64,000 nt of DNA from the human T2T-CHM13v2.0 reference genome, Homo sapiens (GCF_009914755.1 NC_060935.1); one strand, 5' to 3'; positions 45,844 to 63,297 are shown, numbered from the stretch's first letter. Program-made: numbers and translations. Notes: generated by a model from the sequence alone, not told the origin.

Positions 45844-46319
45844 GTGTGTGGCCCCTGACCCCTGGGAGGGACCTGGCGTCTGTGTGGCCACGCCCCTGGG
45901 GTGGGGACTCCTGGAGGTCACGCAGTGGGTTTTCAGAACCTGCCTGGGTGGGGACTTGCAGAAGGCAACTGTGCCTCCCCTGGGTTGAGGGCGTGGATGC
46001 TAGAGCCAGAACCCCTGGGTGTGACCCCCAGCCCTGCTGCTTCCCCGTGCTGTGACCTTGGGCCCCAAGGTGCTGTCCGTCCATTCTGTGGTTCAGTGTC
46101 CCCATTTTAAAATGAGGACGATGATAATACCCACGTCCTGGGGCTGTCTTCAGAATCACATGTGTCCCTTCTCACGAGGTGCCTAAAGCAGAGACGGGCG
46201 TCCTGAGAGCCCAGCGTTGACTCTGGCACTGCAGCCTCCTGGGGCCTGCTTGGGTGGGTTGTTGGGTGCTGTGGGCAGGGGCCACCGCCTCCGGGCTCCA
46301 TGTTCTGATTGCCCTGCAG

Positions 46320-46368
46320 CCTTGGACCTGCCTGCTGGCTCTGGGATTTTTTAAGACGAAGTCAACAG
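46320..46368 (+). CDS. NADSYN1: NADSYN1 exon 12
   Basis: LGPACWLWDFLRRSQQ. Confidence 0.98.
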
Positions 46369-46886
46369 GTAAGACTTCCAGTTTCTAGTGAGCCCACTTT
46401 GCTTGTTCTGCTGGTTGGTCTGGTTTTATTCTGGGGCAGGGTAGGGATTTTTTTTTTTTTTTTTAGTGCAAACAACAAAAAGCATTTCATCACTCTGCCT
46501 CCATGGGGAGCTTAGTCTGCGCTAGCCAGAGGCAAGGTGGGCACAGTGGCTGGTGGGTCAGCTCCACCTTTGGAGGCTCAGCGGAACCCAGCCCATCAGC
46601 ATTCAGGGTCACGCTCACCATCTTGCCAGCATTGTAATCATGCGTATCTGCAGTTCGTCGGTGGAGTCAGCCTCTGACACGCCCCGCAGTGAAGTGTCTT
46701 TTTTCCCTCTGAAAAATCCATTCATCCTGCCACGTGCGGGTATTTGTCCTGACCCCATGGAAAGTGCTGACACCCACGTGCATTTCTGTGGACGCCTCCT
46801 TGAGGTCTATGGGTGGAGCTTGGCTGATCCATGGGCATGCTGCTTCTCCGAGGCTCTGCTCACGCTGTCTGATTGGTCCATTCCAG

Positions 46887-46989
46887 GCAGGGTTTTTGCT
46901 GCCCTTGAGTGGCGGGGTGGACAGCGCAGCCACCGCCTGCCTCATCTACTCCATGTGCTGCCAGGTCTGCGAGGCCGTGAGGAGTGGAA
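46887..46989 (+). CDS. NADSYN1: NADSYN1 exon 13
   Basis: [18 protein letters not shown] (PP-loop SGGxDS ATP-binding motif). Confidence 0.99.
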
Positions 46990-47389
46990 GTAGGTGACAT
47001 CTGTTGGCTTGAGGGAGGCTCCAGGGTCCAGCCCTTGGGCTGCCTGAGTTAGGGACCTAGGAGGGGGCAGAGGAAACACCCGTGCCATGGACATCGGGGT
47101 GAAGGGGGCTTTGTGGCCACGCACAAATGTCACAGCGTCACATCCCAGTCCTGCAGCTAAGGCAGCAAGGCCATCAGTAGCTTCCTGGGGCTTCGGGCCC
47201 ATGTGGCTGAGTCTCCAGAGCTGTACCTGCCTGCTCTGTGCACGGTGTGGCCTGGTGGGGAGAACACAGGCGTCGGAGGTTCACATCCTCCCCCATGTGA
47301 TATAGTATCAGACATCACCTTAGCATATGCAGCAGAACAGCGGTGATGATGCCCGATGGATGGGGCTGTGGGCCATAGCCTGGGCTGGC

Positions 47390-47752
47390 GCTGCACAGGC
47401 ACCTGGGGGTGTAGACCGGGGTGCAGCCGTACGGGCACCTGAGGGCTGTAGACCGGGGTGCAGCCGCACAGGCACCTGGGGGTGTAGACCGGGGTGGAGC
47501 CGCATGGGCGCCTGGGGGCCGTAGACTGGGGTGCAGCTGCATGGGCACCTGGGGGTGTAGACCGGGGTGGAGTCGCACGGGCACCTGGGGGTGTAGACCG
47601 GGGTGGAGCCGCACAGGCACCTGGGGGTGTAGACCGGGGTGGAGCCGCACAGGCACCTGGGGGTGTAGACCGGGGTGGAGCCGCACAGGCACCTGGGGGT
47701 GTAGACCGGGGTGGAGCCGCATGGGCACCTGGGGGTGTAGACCGGGGTGGAA
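47390..47752. repeat. 36-bp G-rich VNTR, about 10 copies, NADSYN1 intron 13
   Basis: Unit ggcacctgggggtgtagaccggggtggagccgcaca. Confidence 0.95.
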
Positions 47753-47781
47753 CTATGTAAACATCCCACACACTCAGGTGA

Positions 47782-47982
<201 letters not shown>

Positions 47983-49192
47983 TAGAGTTGGTCCCTGGTA
48001 TTGGGCATGGCAGGTGGCTGACAGAGCTCAGAGTCACTGGAAGCTCCGCCTGTGAGTGCATTGGTGACTGGCTTCATTCATTCCGCATCGTGTCATCCAC
48101 TATGTGGATAAACGTGTAAGTGCTCCGTCCCTTTTTGTGGGTGAATAATATTCCACTGTACGGATAGACCAGTTTGTTTCTCCTGTCATCAGCAATTGCT
48201 TAAATGTGCACCTAGGAGCTTATCAGGGCTCCACTTTCTCTTGGTTTGAGCCAGATTTCAGGGAAGCTGTGTATGAGTCCTCCCTATCTGACCCACCCCA
48301 GTCTCAGATGGTGCCTGCAATTTCTGCCCTTCTGTCCCCTCACTCCTGGCATTCCCAGTGCAGGCTGCAGGTCGTATGTGCTCACCAGGGTGTGCAGCAG
48401 GTCCTGGGAGTTGGCTGCAGGCTGGCTCCTACCCCTCCTCCTTTCTCTTCCCCCGCCCTCACTGCCTCTTCCACGGGCAGTTCTCTATGTGAGGACAGTG
48501 GAAGGAGGGCACCTTTCCGGAGAAGAAAGACTGGGTTCTATCTAGAATATTCCATCCATAATGGCTCCTAGGAGAAAATGAGCAGCTCCCCATCCTGTTT
48601 GTTGAGCTCAGCTAAAAGCTGTCCCCATGCCCTCCAGTGATTCTCCTCCTAGATATGTACTCAGAGGAATCAGAAACAGGGACCCGAACAGATACTTGTT
48701 CAGGAAAGTCCATAGCAGCACCATTCACAGAAGCCAAGAGGCAGGGACAACCCAAGGTCCATCTCAGATGAACGGAGGAAGAAACTGTGGTCCATTCACA
48801 CGGTGGAATATTAGTCACCCACGAAGAGGAGTGGAGCATGATCACATGACACAGTGAGGAGAAACCTTGAAGACATGGTGCGGATGAAGGGAGTGGAGCC
48901 AGCCACACCAGGCCACATGGTGTTTGATTCCATTTCCATTCCATTTCCACGCAATGTCCAGAACAGGCCATGGCATAGAGAGAGAGGGTGTCTGTCACTC
49001 TCTGCATCTGTCACTGTCAGAGCTGTCAGAGCTGGAGGAGGAGGGAGTGGGGACAGACTGCCAGTGGGATGGGGTTCCCTTCTCTGGTGATGGGAAGTTC
49101 TGAGCTAGATGGTGGTGATGGCTGCGCAGCACTGTGGATTGCTAAACACCACAAATCATACGCTTTAAATGGGTTACAATGGTCAGTTTTAG

Positions 49193-49537
<345 letters not shown>

Positions 49538-49619
49538 TAGGGACAGCCAGTGCTGGGGTCACAGCCTGTATGCCTCACTGAAGACGTCGGTCATGCAGCC
49601 TTGTTAACAAGGAGGGGGT

Positions 49620-49996
49620 CTGTGTGTGTGTTGGTGCATGAGCATGTGATGTGTAAGAGCAAGAGCGGGGGTGTAAGGATGTGCGTGCTCGAGTGTGTGC
49701 ATGAGCCTGAGTGCAAGAGCAAGAGGGTGTGTCTGAGCCTGAGTGTGAGCCTGAGCGTGAGAGGTTACATGAGTGTATGAGAGTACAAGTGTGTGAATGT
49801 ATGCACAAGTGTGGGTGTGCTTGTGAGTGCTTGTGCAAAAGCAAGTGTGAGTGTGGATGTGTGAGTGTGCACAAACGTGAGTGCACAGTTGTGTGCATGA
49901 GTGCGTCTGCATGAGTGCACGAGCATGCCTGTGAGCATGTGGGTGGGTGGGTGTGCATGAGTGTGAGAGTGCACATGACTGTGTGTGAGTGTGTGT
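49620..49996. repeat. TG-rich low-complexity tract, intron 15
   Basis: Dense tgtg/gtgagt/tgca. Confidence 0.9.
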
Positions 49997-50379
49997 CTCT
50001 TTAATCCTCAGGGAACAGCCCAGACGCTGTCTGCCTCCTGAGCTACTGCACTTGACTGACTGCTCCGTGATGGGCAGAGGAAAAGAGAGGCCGGGGGCTC
50101 CAGCTGCTGGGATCTGTCCTGTCTCTCTCTGTCCCCTTTCTGCTGTGCCTGGGTGGCCTCTCCCCTCCTGCCAGTGGTAAAGGGATGGAAATGCAGTTGC
50201 CAAGCTTTCTCCCAGGGACCCCACGGCTCAGTCCTGCCACCAGTGCTCCCTCTGCCCTCCCGGGCTCTGGGTGCTCCCATCTTTGAAGGCAAGGCACCAC
50301 TGAGCTTGTGTGAGCCCTGTGGAGGTGGGACCACCCCGAGAGGAAGGCCTCGGGACACTGTGGGACTCTGAGACTCTGA

Positions 50380-50613
<234 letters not shown>

Positions 50614-51139
50614 TGAGTGTGGCCCAGTGGCACGTGGTGGTGGGCCCCTGAACCTCTCAGGTCTCTGAAGGTGATACGCTGTGAGATTCTATCATCCTGT
50701 GCCTTTCATGGCGGGTTTGGTGCCTGGAATGACATCATTCCTCTAGAATTTCACCCAACCCGAGTGGCAGAGCGGATCAGCATCACGTTCCTGCAGGTGG
50801 CTCTGGGCGCTCACCACTTTCATCAGCCTTGTGGTTCTTCATCTCTACTGCGCCTCAAATTCATCTTCCCACCGCCCTCTGCCATGGTCAGGCTCCCCTC
50901 TTTCTTCTAGGCTGTTCCACTGTGTCTTAAGTCATTCCTTTGCAGCTAGTTTTTACCTCCAAACCAGAGTTCATTTTTTATGTGGACTGAAAATACTCCC
51001 CTTCTCATATTGCTTCCTTGTTCAACAAAACTCAGAGCCTCCCTGTTGTTTTCTGGATAAAATTCAAGCTGCCCCTCAAGTCCAGCAGTGGAGGCTGCTA
51101 GAAATTCTTTTCCAGCCTTGGTTTCCCCACTTCCCTTAG

Positions 51140-52031
<892 letters not shown>

Positions 52032-52512
52032 GAGTGTGAGTGTCTTAATCACTCTGCATCCTTGCCTGTCTGCAGATGTGTTCTCTTTTAAAACTGATTT
52101 TTTATTTTTAAGTCCTATTTTATTTTTCTAATTACAGAAATTTGAAATTAACACCTGATACTGTGTAAAAATTCTCATCCTCCTCATGCATATTTTGACC
52201 ATTGCTTTTCTGGTGCCTCTGGTGCCTTTGTAAGGGACTGATTTTTCAGGAGGGGTGTGACGGCTGGTGTATATTCTCAGCTCTGGTGTAGTTGAGGAGA
52301 TTGATGTTTGCTTTGGCTCTGCATTGCTTTTGTAGATGAGGAAGAATTTGATCTGTTATAAAATTGTGTTGTAAGAGTTCCCCCTCACAACTCTTGTCCA
52401 TCATTTTCTAGTATTTAAAATGTTAACAAAGAAACAAGTATTTTTTTCCAGGGTGGGATTGGGTTCTGGGAGCTGGAAGGTCTCTAGATGCCATTTAGAA
52501 AATAAACAAACG

Positions 52513-52855
<343 letters not shown>

Positions 52856-53622
52856 TCAGCTGCCCCTTTCTCACTGCGGGACAGAAGGCCCTGTGGCTGC
52901 AGACACTCCCCTCATGATGTAGTACTGAAGCCCTTCTCTCTGTTTCCCATGCTGCATCTCCCTCTGCCGCCTTCTTCTCACGGGTCACAGCCAGTCCTTC
53001 TCTTCCTCTGTGTTCTGGCAAGAATCTCAAATGTGTAGTGTTGATTTTTTTAAATTTCCCTGTAATTCTGTTGTTGAATTGCTTCTGATTCTAGTTCAGT
53101 CGCATCCCTGTCTGCTCATCAGGGGCCTGTTGGACACCTGTCCTCCCTCAGGCTTTCTTCCCGGTGGTGTGAATGAGTCAGAAACAATTCCTGTTCTCTG
53201 CAAGTGGGAGGAGACAGTGATAGCCCAGCAGATAACATGTGTATTGTAGGAAACGTCCGCCGAGAGAGCTCAAGGAGGGGAAGGGAGAGCTGGGAGTTTG
53301 TAAGCAGCTTGCCCAGGGAGGGCCCTACTGAGAAGTGGGTTTCATAAAGGCCTGCGGGAGGCGAGGGTGGGTGGAGAAGAGCCCGTGAAGCCCTGAGTCA
53401 TGACTCCCCCAGGACTGAGAGCCCATCATTGTCTCCCTGAAAGGCCTGGTCTTGAGTGGGGACTGGAAGACCTGCAGAGCTGTTTTGGAAAGTGTGCGGC
53501 GTGTCGGGCAGAGGGAGGTGTGAGACGTCAGAGACAGCTGTTTCCAGAAATTTCACTTTGAAGGGGAGGGGAGGCGCAGGATAGGCGCTGCAGAGATCAC
53601 TGGGAACAGGAAAAGGAGTTTG

Positions 53623-53815
<193 letters not shown>

Positions 53816-54957
53816 CATTTGTTTATTTGCCTTAAGATACTGTCAAGAAAAGACCAGTAGAGAGGGAGTAGACTTGCTGGTGCAGGACAGTGGGGATGTT
53901 GCTGGTGAGGAGATGAGAGCAGGTGACCAGGCAGGAGGGTGGCTTTGCTGGGGGCCTGGCCAGCGCGCCCACAGCAGCAGGAGGGGTGGGTTCAGAGGCA
54001 GGCCCAGGAGAAGGTTCCAGAGAGAGCAGGAGGGGAGGGGAGAGTGAAGCCAGCCCTGCGGGGTTAAGTTGGGGTCAGCATGGGAATGCAGAGCTGAGAG
54101 GCTGTGTTGAAGTTAGGCTTCTAACAACATGATTTCAGCTGATGGAAGTGACCAGCCTGGGGGAAAGGTCCATGCAGAGTGCGAGAGGAGGGGACAGCTG
54201 CTGGAACTCGGTGGTCCTGTATTGAAATTTATGGCCACACCTGTTGCTGGCTTCAAAGTCTCACCAGTCCGCCAGTTCAGTCTTGATTTCACCAGAAAAA
54301 GTCTGCCTCAATTTTCCCCCTATAACCGTGCCTCCCCATCCCCATGGTCCCCACTTCCTGGCTGGAGTTTCCTTCCACCAAGATGAGGCAGCATCCTGGC
54401 CCCACGGGTCGCAGGTTGAGCTGAGCTCTGCACTGCGGGATTTCCCCAGACTGTGCTCTCTGAGTCAGCCCCGGCGGATTTCCCCAGTCCTTGGCAGTTA
54501 CTGGGGATGGAAGAGAAAAAGTGCTAAGATGGAGACTGTCATCTCCCCTGGCCCATCTGGCCCGTATCCCAGCTCCTGCTGAAGGAGCTTTGGACGGGAC
54601 AGGACAGGGAGCGATGGGGTGACTGGGGTAGCCCTCACTGAAGGCAGCACAGGGTCTCACCTGTCCCTCTGTTGGGACCCTGGGGGTCTTACACCCCCGA
54701 CATTGCACCACAGTGAGGGTCAGGAAGGGTGAGAAGGCACGGAGGTGTGAGTTTGGGAGTGTCAAGAAATGCATCTGGTGGGATAGGCAGGGGCCAGCCT
54801 GGAAGGCCTTGCAAGGTCAAGGGCACCATTGAGGGAATTCAGACTGTGGAAGGGCTTGGCCTGGCCTGGTATGGAGGAGATGGGTGGTCAGCCAGGAGTC
54901 CCGTGGAGAACCTGGAGGCCTGCACCAGCGTTGGCAGCGGGGTGGGGTGGAGAAGGA

Positions 54958-55430
54958 CGGCTGTAACCCAGGATCACAAAGTTTGTGCCTTCAACAACAC
55001 ACATTTATGGTCCCTCAGTTCTGTAGGACACAGGTCCAGTATGGGTCCCCTGGCTCAAGTGAAGGTGTGGACACAGTGGGTTCCTTCTGGAGACCCTGGA
55101 GAGAATCTGTTTCCCGCCATTTCCAGCCTCTGGAGTCCCGCCTTCTTTGGCTCACGACGCCTCCTCCGTCTTCACCACCAGCGGCCTCGCGTCTCTGCCT
55201 TTCCCCTGCAGTCAGGGCTCCCTCAACTCTCACTTTCACCCCCTTCTTTTAAGGACCCCTGTGATTGCATTTCAGGCCCACCCTGCAATCCAGCATCACT
55301 CCCACATCTCAAGTCCCCAGCTGAGTCCATCTGCAAAGTCCCTTTGGCCCTGAGAGGTGACAGAGTCACAGGTTCTGGGGATTAGGACGTGGGCACCTTA
55401 GTGAGAGATGGATTCTTCTGCCGACCACAG
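54958..55430 (-). mobile_element. MLT1 MaLR LTR
   Basis: caacaacacacatttat...cagttctgtagg motifs. Confidence 0.7.
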
Positions 55431-55578
55431 GCCTCAGAGTTGACAGGCAGGGGAGGGGCCCGCGGCCGCCCGGGCAGCAGAGTGTCCACGTGTGTCCAGT
55501 CCCTGCTCACTCCCGACACCCCAAGACCTCTGTCCCTCAGCTCTGTTCAGACGACTGCTCCCAGCTCCGTGCTGGTGA

Positions 55579-55944
<366 letters not shown>

Positions 55945-56778
55945 TGAGTGTGCTCACGGGCTGTGGCTCCACAGCCACGGGGCTCCTCTCCCAGCACGGC
56001 CCCGGCCACCCTGGCCCACACTCAGGCTCCTTCGTAGCTCCTGTTGCCTGCTGAATGGTCCTGCCCCTGAGCTGGCACTTGAGGCCTGCAACCAAGCCTC
56101 CCTTTCTTCCTGTGGTGCCTCCACAGCCCCCCGGCTCCGGCCAGATCACGGAGCTGTGGCCTCCTGCCTCCCCCGCCTGCCCTGCCTCCCTTCCCTGCCG
56201 TCCCCATGCCGATGCTTGGCAGGCCGAGGCTCGCCACATCTGAGCAGAGCGCCTGTGCTTTAGCAGTGACTGCAGATGGATCAGTGTCCGGACCTTTCTT
56301 CGGCCTTTGCCGAGGTTCCCTGCCACGGGAATGTGTTTTCTTCTTTGCTTATCCTCACTGGAGTGACTGTGCCCCCCAGGGGACATCAGGCAACGTCTGC
56401 AGACATGCTTAGTCAGCTTCGCCACACGGGGTGTGCTGGGTGTTAGCAGGTAGAGGCCAGGGGTGCTCCTCAATGTGGCGCAGTGCACAGGCCATTGACA
56501 TTCCCTACAGCAGAGTCCCCTCGACCTAGGTGTGCCCGGTGCCCAGTGGACTGGCCCTTCACTGTGCCTCCATCTCTGCCTCTCCTCCTGGGGTCGTGAG
56601 GCCACACCAGTGCCCACACTCCTCAGCCCAGGATGCTCACCCCCGCTGGAAAGCCCAGCACCGCAAGCCTTGGTGACGTCCTACCCACGGTGAACGGAGT
56701 GGCCGGGACCAGCGTACTCGGGAAACTTAGTCTGGGGATTCTCTCCCAGAGCTCACACCACCCTCGCAGCTGCACTGA

Positions 56779-56895
<117 letters not shown>

Positions 56896-57324
56896 TGATG
56901 CTTCCTGCCCTCCTCCCCACCTCCTGTGTGGTGGTGCTGGCTCTTCCTACCTCCCTCCTGACCCCAGGACAGCTGCATCGCTGTCACTGGGTCCCTGGCC
57001 TGGGTGCCCAGGGCTCAGTGTCAGTCACATCCCTGGCCTTTGACACTTCAATTCACTTCCTCATGGTTGGCGCCCCAGAAAGAGGATGACATGGTGGGAG
57101 GGGAGGGAGAGCAGATGGCGGGCGGAGGAACGCAAGTTCCTCACAGGCAGGAGGGGCATCTCTGCTCGTGTTTTAGAGCGATGTAGGAGGAGAATTGCCC
57201 TCGACTCCTCCACTGCATGCTGGCCCTTCGTGATGAGGCCCAGGCTGTGGTTGGTAGCTTAGTGGATGCTGGGGGAAGTGGCTGTGGGCTTTTTATGATA
57301 AAATCCATGACACTCCAGCCTCTT

Positions 57325-58440
<1,116 letters not shown>

Positions 58441-58474
58441 CGCAGCTGGAGAGAATTTCTGCCAGGCCTGATGA

Positions 58475-59485
58475 TCCTAACCCAGGGCAGGCCCAGGCTG
58501 ATGGATGTGTTTGTGTTCTAGTTTTTAACAAAAAATGTTAAAAAGCAAAATAAAAAAAAAATCATTTTTTTAATAGAGAAAAGCTTATAGAATAAGAAAA
58601 AATATTTTTATAATTAGATCCGTGACCCTCCAACTTCCTTAGGTCACAAGGATTTGCTCCTATAATTTCTTCCAAGAGTTTTATAGTTTTAGTCCTTATG
58701 TTTAGGTCTGTGAGCCAGTTGAGTTAATTCTTGTGTGTGGCAGCTGACAATGTATTTGTGTTTTAAGCTGTTATTATATGAGTCAAACAATTTTTTTTAA
58801 TTAAAAAGTTTATAAGGTAAGGCTGAGCATGGTGGCTCACGCCTGTAATCCCAGCACTTTGGGAGGCTGAGGTGGGCAAATCACTGAGGTCAGGAGTTCC
58901 AAGACCAGCCTGGCCAACATGGTGAAACCCTGTCTCTACCAAAAAAATACAAACAACAAAACAAACAAAAACAAGAAAAGTTTATAAGGTATAAAAGTTA
59001 CAATAAGCTAAGGTTAATTTATTATTGAAGGAAGAAAAATATATTTGTATTAATTGACTGTAGCCTAAGTTTACAGTGCTTGGAAAGCCCACAGTAGCAC
59101 AGTAGCATCCCAGGCCTTCCCATTCACCCACCCCTCACTCCCTGACTCACCCAGAGCGGCTTCCAGTCCTGCAAGCTCCAGTCCTGGGAAGTGCCCTATG
59201 CAGGTGTCCCATCTTTTACCCTTTCTACTGTATTTTTATCGTCCCTTTTCTACACTTAGATACATAAATACTTAGCATTATGTTAGACTGGCCCAGAGTA
59301 TTCAGTACAGCAACATGCTGTGCACGTGTGTAGCCTAGGAGCTCAGGCTGTACCATGGAGCACAGGTGCATAGGAGGCTAGACCATCTGGATGTGTGTAA
59401 GTGCCTTGAGGATGTTCACACGACGCAGTGGCCTGTCTATGTGTTTCTCAGAACGTATCCCTGTCATTCAGTGATGCGCGCCTGT
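58475..59485. mobile_element. Tigger3-type DNA transposon with inserted Alu left monomer (58821-58975)
   Basis: ccttcccattcacccacccctcactccctgactcacccagagc; terminal tttctcagaacgtatccctgtc. Confidence 0.75.
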
Positions 59486-59504
59486 CTTTCTTGATGATCC
59501 AAAA

Positions 59505-59830
59505 ATTTCTTTTGTTTTGTTTTGTTTTGTTTTGTTTCTGAGATGGAGTTTTGCTCTTGTTGCCAAGGCTGCCTGGAGTGCAGTGGTGCGATCTCGGCTC
59601 ACTGAAACCTCCGCCTCCCGGGTTCAAGCAAGCAATTCTCCTGCCTCAGCCTCCCGAGTAGCTGGGATTTACAGACATGCACCTCCACGCCTGGCTAATT
59701 TTGTATTTTTAGTAGAGACGGGGTTTTTCCATGTTGGTCAGGCTGGTGTCGAACTCCCGACCTCAGGTGATCCACCCACCTCGGCCTCCCAAAGTGCTGG
59801 GACTACAGGCGTGAGCCACCGCGTCTGGCC
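59505..59830 (-). mobile_element. AluS (Sp/Sq-like)
   Basis: ttgctcttgttgcc diagnostic. Confidence 0.88.
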
Positions 59831-59849
59831 AATCCATTGATTTCTATAA

Positions 59850-60620
59850 GGTCTGTAAGGTGTCTGTCTTTCATTACTGATTTTAGTTGAGTCTTCACTC
59901 TTTTTTCTTGGTCATTTTAGCTAAAGGTTTGTCAATTTTTTTTTTTAATCTTTCCAAGCATAACTTTTTGTTTTGTTGATTTTCTCTATTGTCTTTCATT
60001 AATTTCCCTCTGATCTCTGTCATTTCCTTCCTCGTGCTGGCTTTGGGTTTCATTTGCTCTTCTTTTTCTAGTATCTCAAGGTGGAAAGTTAGGTTGTTGA
60101 TTTGAGATCTTTTTTCTTTTTTAAGGTAGGTGTTTATAGCTACAAATTTCCCTCCTAGCACTGCATTCAGTGCCTCCCACATGTTTTGGTCTGTTGTGTC
60201 TTCATTTCATTTATCAAAGTATTTTCTGATTCCCTTGGTGACTTCCTCCTTGATCCATTGATTATTTAGGAGTATGCTCTTTAATTTCCACGTATGCGTG
60301 AATTTCCAAAATTTCTGTTACTGAATTTGTACTTTTATTCCAATGTGGTGAGAAAGCAACTTTGTATGACTTCAACATTTAAAGTTGTCTGAGGCTTCTC
60401 TCGTGGCTCAGCAGATGGTCTGACCTGGGAAGCGTCCCGTGTGCCCTTGGGAGGAAGGTGGGTTCCGCTGCCGCTGGGTGCAGTGCCCTGCAGGTGTGTG
60501 CCAGGTCTCCCTGGTTGACAGAGTTGTTCGTATCTTCTGTTTCCTTGTTGATTTTTCATCTTAGTTGTTCTGTCCATTATTGAAAGTGGGGTATTGAAGT
60601 CTCCAGCTATTATTGTTGAA
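59850..60620 (-). mobile_element. L1M ORF2 relic
   Basis: ORF 59895-60182 WEALNAVLGGKFVAINTYLKKEKRSQINNL resembles L1 ORF2. Confidence 0.85.
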
Positions 60621-61247
60621 TTGAAGGAATTAAATGTTACACTGGAAAATGCTCACTTCATGGGAAAGAAACCAGCCAAGCAGCCACTTGTGCGCAACCC
60701 GTCAGGTGCTGGGGACCCTGTGGTGAGCAACACAGACGTGGCCACTGCAGTGAAAACACTTAGCGTCCCCTGGAGGGACGGACAAGAAGGCCCAGCGGTG
60801 GCTCTGGCCATACTGTCTGATGATGGCCCTGGGGTGTGGTAGGAATGAGAGGGAATGGGAGCAGATCTTGAACAATGGAAAGGGCCTGGGTTGTATGAGC
60901 CTCGGGGTAAAATCGGCTCCTCTGAGCCTGGCTTGAAGCATTTGTTGCCTGGCGCTGTGATAGTGATACCAGCGGCACCCTGTGGCCTCCAACATGGCCC
61001 AGATTTCAGTGAGCCCTCGGCCCTCTTCTTCTCTGAGTCCCCCACACTTCAGGGCACGGGCTCAGGAGGACAGCAGACAGGCTGCATCTGCTCCATGAGC
61101 CACACCTTCCATGGATGATTTGTGGAGCTACTGTGACTAATGACCCAGTGGCGTAAAACAACAGGAATTGCTTCCCTCACAGTTCCAGAGGCCAGGGTCT
61201 GAAATCAAGGTGTTGGCAGAGTCCTGGTCCCTCCGAAGGCTCTAGGG

Positions 61248-61585
61248 CAGTGGTCCCCAGTCTTCTTGGCACCAGGAACTGGTTTCGTGGAAGACAATGT
61301 TTTCCACAAACAGAGGGTTGGAGATGGCTTTGGGTTGAAACTGTTCCACCTCAGATCATCAGGTGGTAGATTCTCATAAGGAGCATGCAACCTAGATCCC
61401 TCGCTTGCACAGTTCACAACAGGGCTCGCGCTCCTATGAGAATCTGTGCCACCGAGGATCTGACGGGAGGCGGAGTTCAGGCGGTGATGCTCACTCGCCC
61501 CTCCCCTCACCTCCTGCTCTGGGATCCAGATCCTGACAGGCCAGGGACCAGTACCTATCCATGGCCTGGGGGTTGGTGACCCCTG
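61248..61585. mobile_element. MER1B hAT-Charlie element inserted in an MLT1 LTR
   Basis: cagtggtcccca...gacccctg TIRs; perfect 8-bp TSD ctctaggg. Confidence 0.88.
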
Positions 61586-61839
61586 CTCTAGGGGATCCTT
61601 TCTTGCCTCTTGCGTCTTCTGGGGACTCCAGGTGTTCCTTGGCTTGTGGCTGCATCACTCCATCCTTTGCTTCCTTCTTCCCGCAGTTTCCTCCCTTTCT
61701 CCACGTGTCCTCCTCCCTTTCTCCACGTGTCCTCCTGGCCCTCGTAAGAGATGTCATTGGATGCAGGGCCCACCCCACATTCAGAGTCATCTCACCTTCA
61801 GATTCTTTACTTAATTACATCTGCAAAGACGTTTTATCC

Positions 61840-62152
61840 TTTTCTCTTTTCTTCTTCTTCTTTTTTTTAGAGACAGGGTCTGGCTCTGTCACCCAGGCTG
61901 GAGTGCAGAGCCGCAATCTCGGCTCACTGCAGCCTTGATGTCCCAGGTTCAGGTGATCCTCCCACCTGAGCACCCACAAGTAGCTGGGACTGCAGGTGCA
62001 CACACCACCACACCCAGCTAGTTTGTTATTTTTTGTAGAGACAAGGTCTTGCCATGTTGCCCAGGCTGGCCTTAAACCCCTGGGCTCAAGCAGTCCTCCC
62101 ACCTCGGCCTCCCAAAGTGCTGGGATTACAAGTGTGAGCCACTATGCCCAGC
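61840..62152 (-). mobile_element. AluJ
   Basis: Alu dimer. Confidence 0.85.
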
Positions 62153-62311
62153 CTACACTCTTTTTCCAAATAAAGTCACATCCCCAGGAACTGGGCCTTC
62201 AGACATGAGCGCTCCTTGGTGAGCCACCGTTCACCCGTTACGGTCCTCCAAACCAAATGCCTGGTTCTTCGTTGCTGTTTTCCAAATGCTACCTCCTTAC
62301 TGGCTGACTAG

Positions 62312-62671
<360 letters not shown>

Positions 62672-62996
62672 TAGATAACAGTGTGACCCTAACGTAATAA
62701 AACTGTATCTCACACAGTAACACTTTTCAGTTATTTTTACCCACTCTGATCTTCTGCTGGCCCAAAGTTAATCTGAGTGAGGCTCACCCACAGCCAGGTA
62801 AACACGACATGAAACAAGCCTCCCTTTTTTTGAGGATAGAATGTAAACTTCAGGGTCAGAATAGTATTGCTTTTCTGCCTGTTGTGAGTCTTGCTGGGGC
62901 TGAAGCCCACAAGCATTGTAGTCCAATGGAACCTCCTGGAAGCCTTGTGAAATAAATCTTCGCAGGATTTATCTTAGATCTCCCAAGGCAGCATGC

Positions 62997-63153
62997 CACA
63001 GCATCAGAGGCAGGGAGACCCCAGTTTCACAGCATCAAAGGCAGGGGGACCCCGGTTTCATAGCATCAGAGGCGGGGGACCCCAGTTTCATAGCATCAGA
63101 GGCGGGGGACCCCGGTTTCATAGCATCAGAGGCAGGGGGACCCCGGTTTCATA
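62997..63153. repeat. ~30-31-bp minisatellite x5, intron 19
   Basis: Unit tagcatcagaggcgggggaccccggtttca. Confidence 0.92.
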
Positions 63154-63297
63154 GCTCGGCCAGTGTCCCCGGCCTGAGCACGGGCATCCCCCACACCTGC
63201 CATCGTGGAAGGTCCTGTGCGGGGAGTAACCCATTAGTCATTTGCTTGTATGATCCAGCATGGGAATTCCGGCCTGGGGTCTCTCCAGTTTTGGTAA

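Noticed and set aside
59895-60182. 95-aa Lys-rich ORF as a novel gene
   Set aside because: Decayed L1 ORF2 fragment
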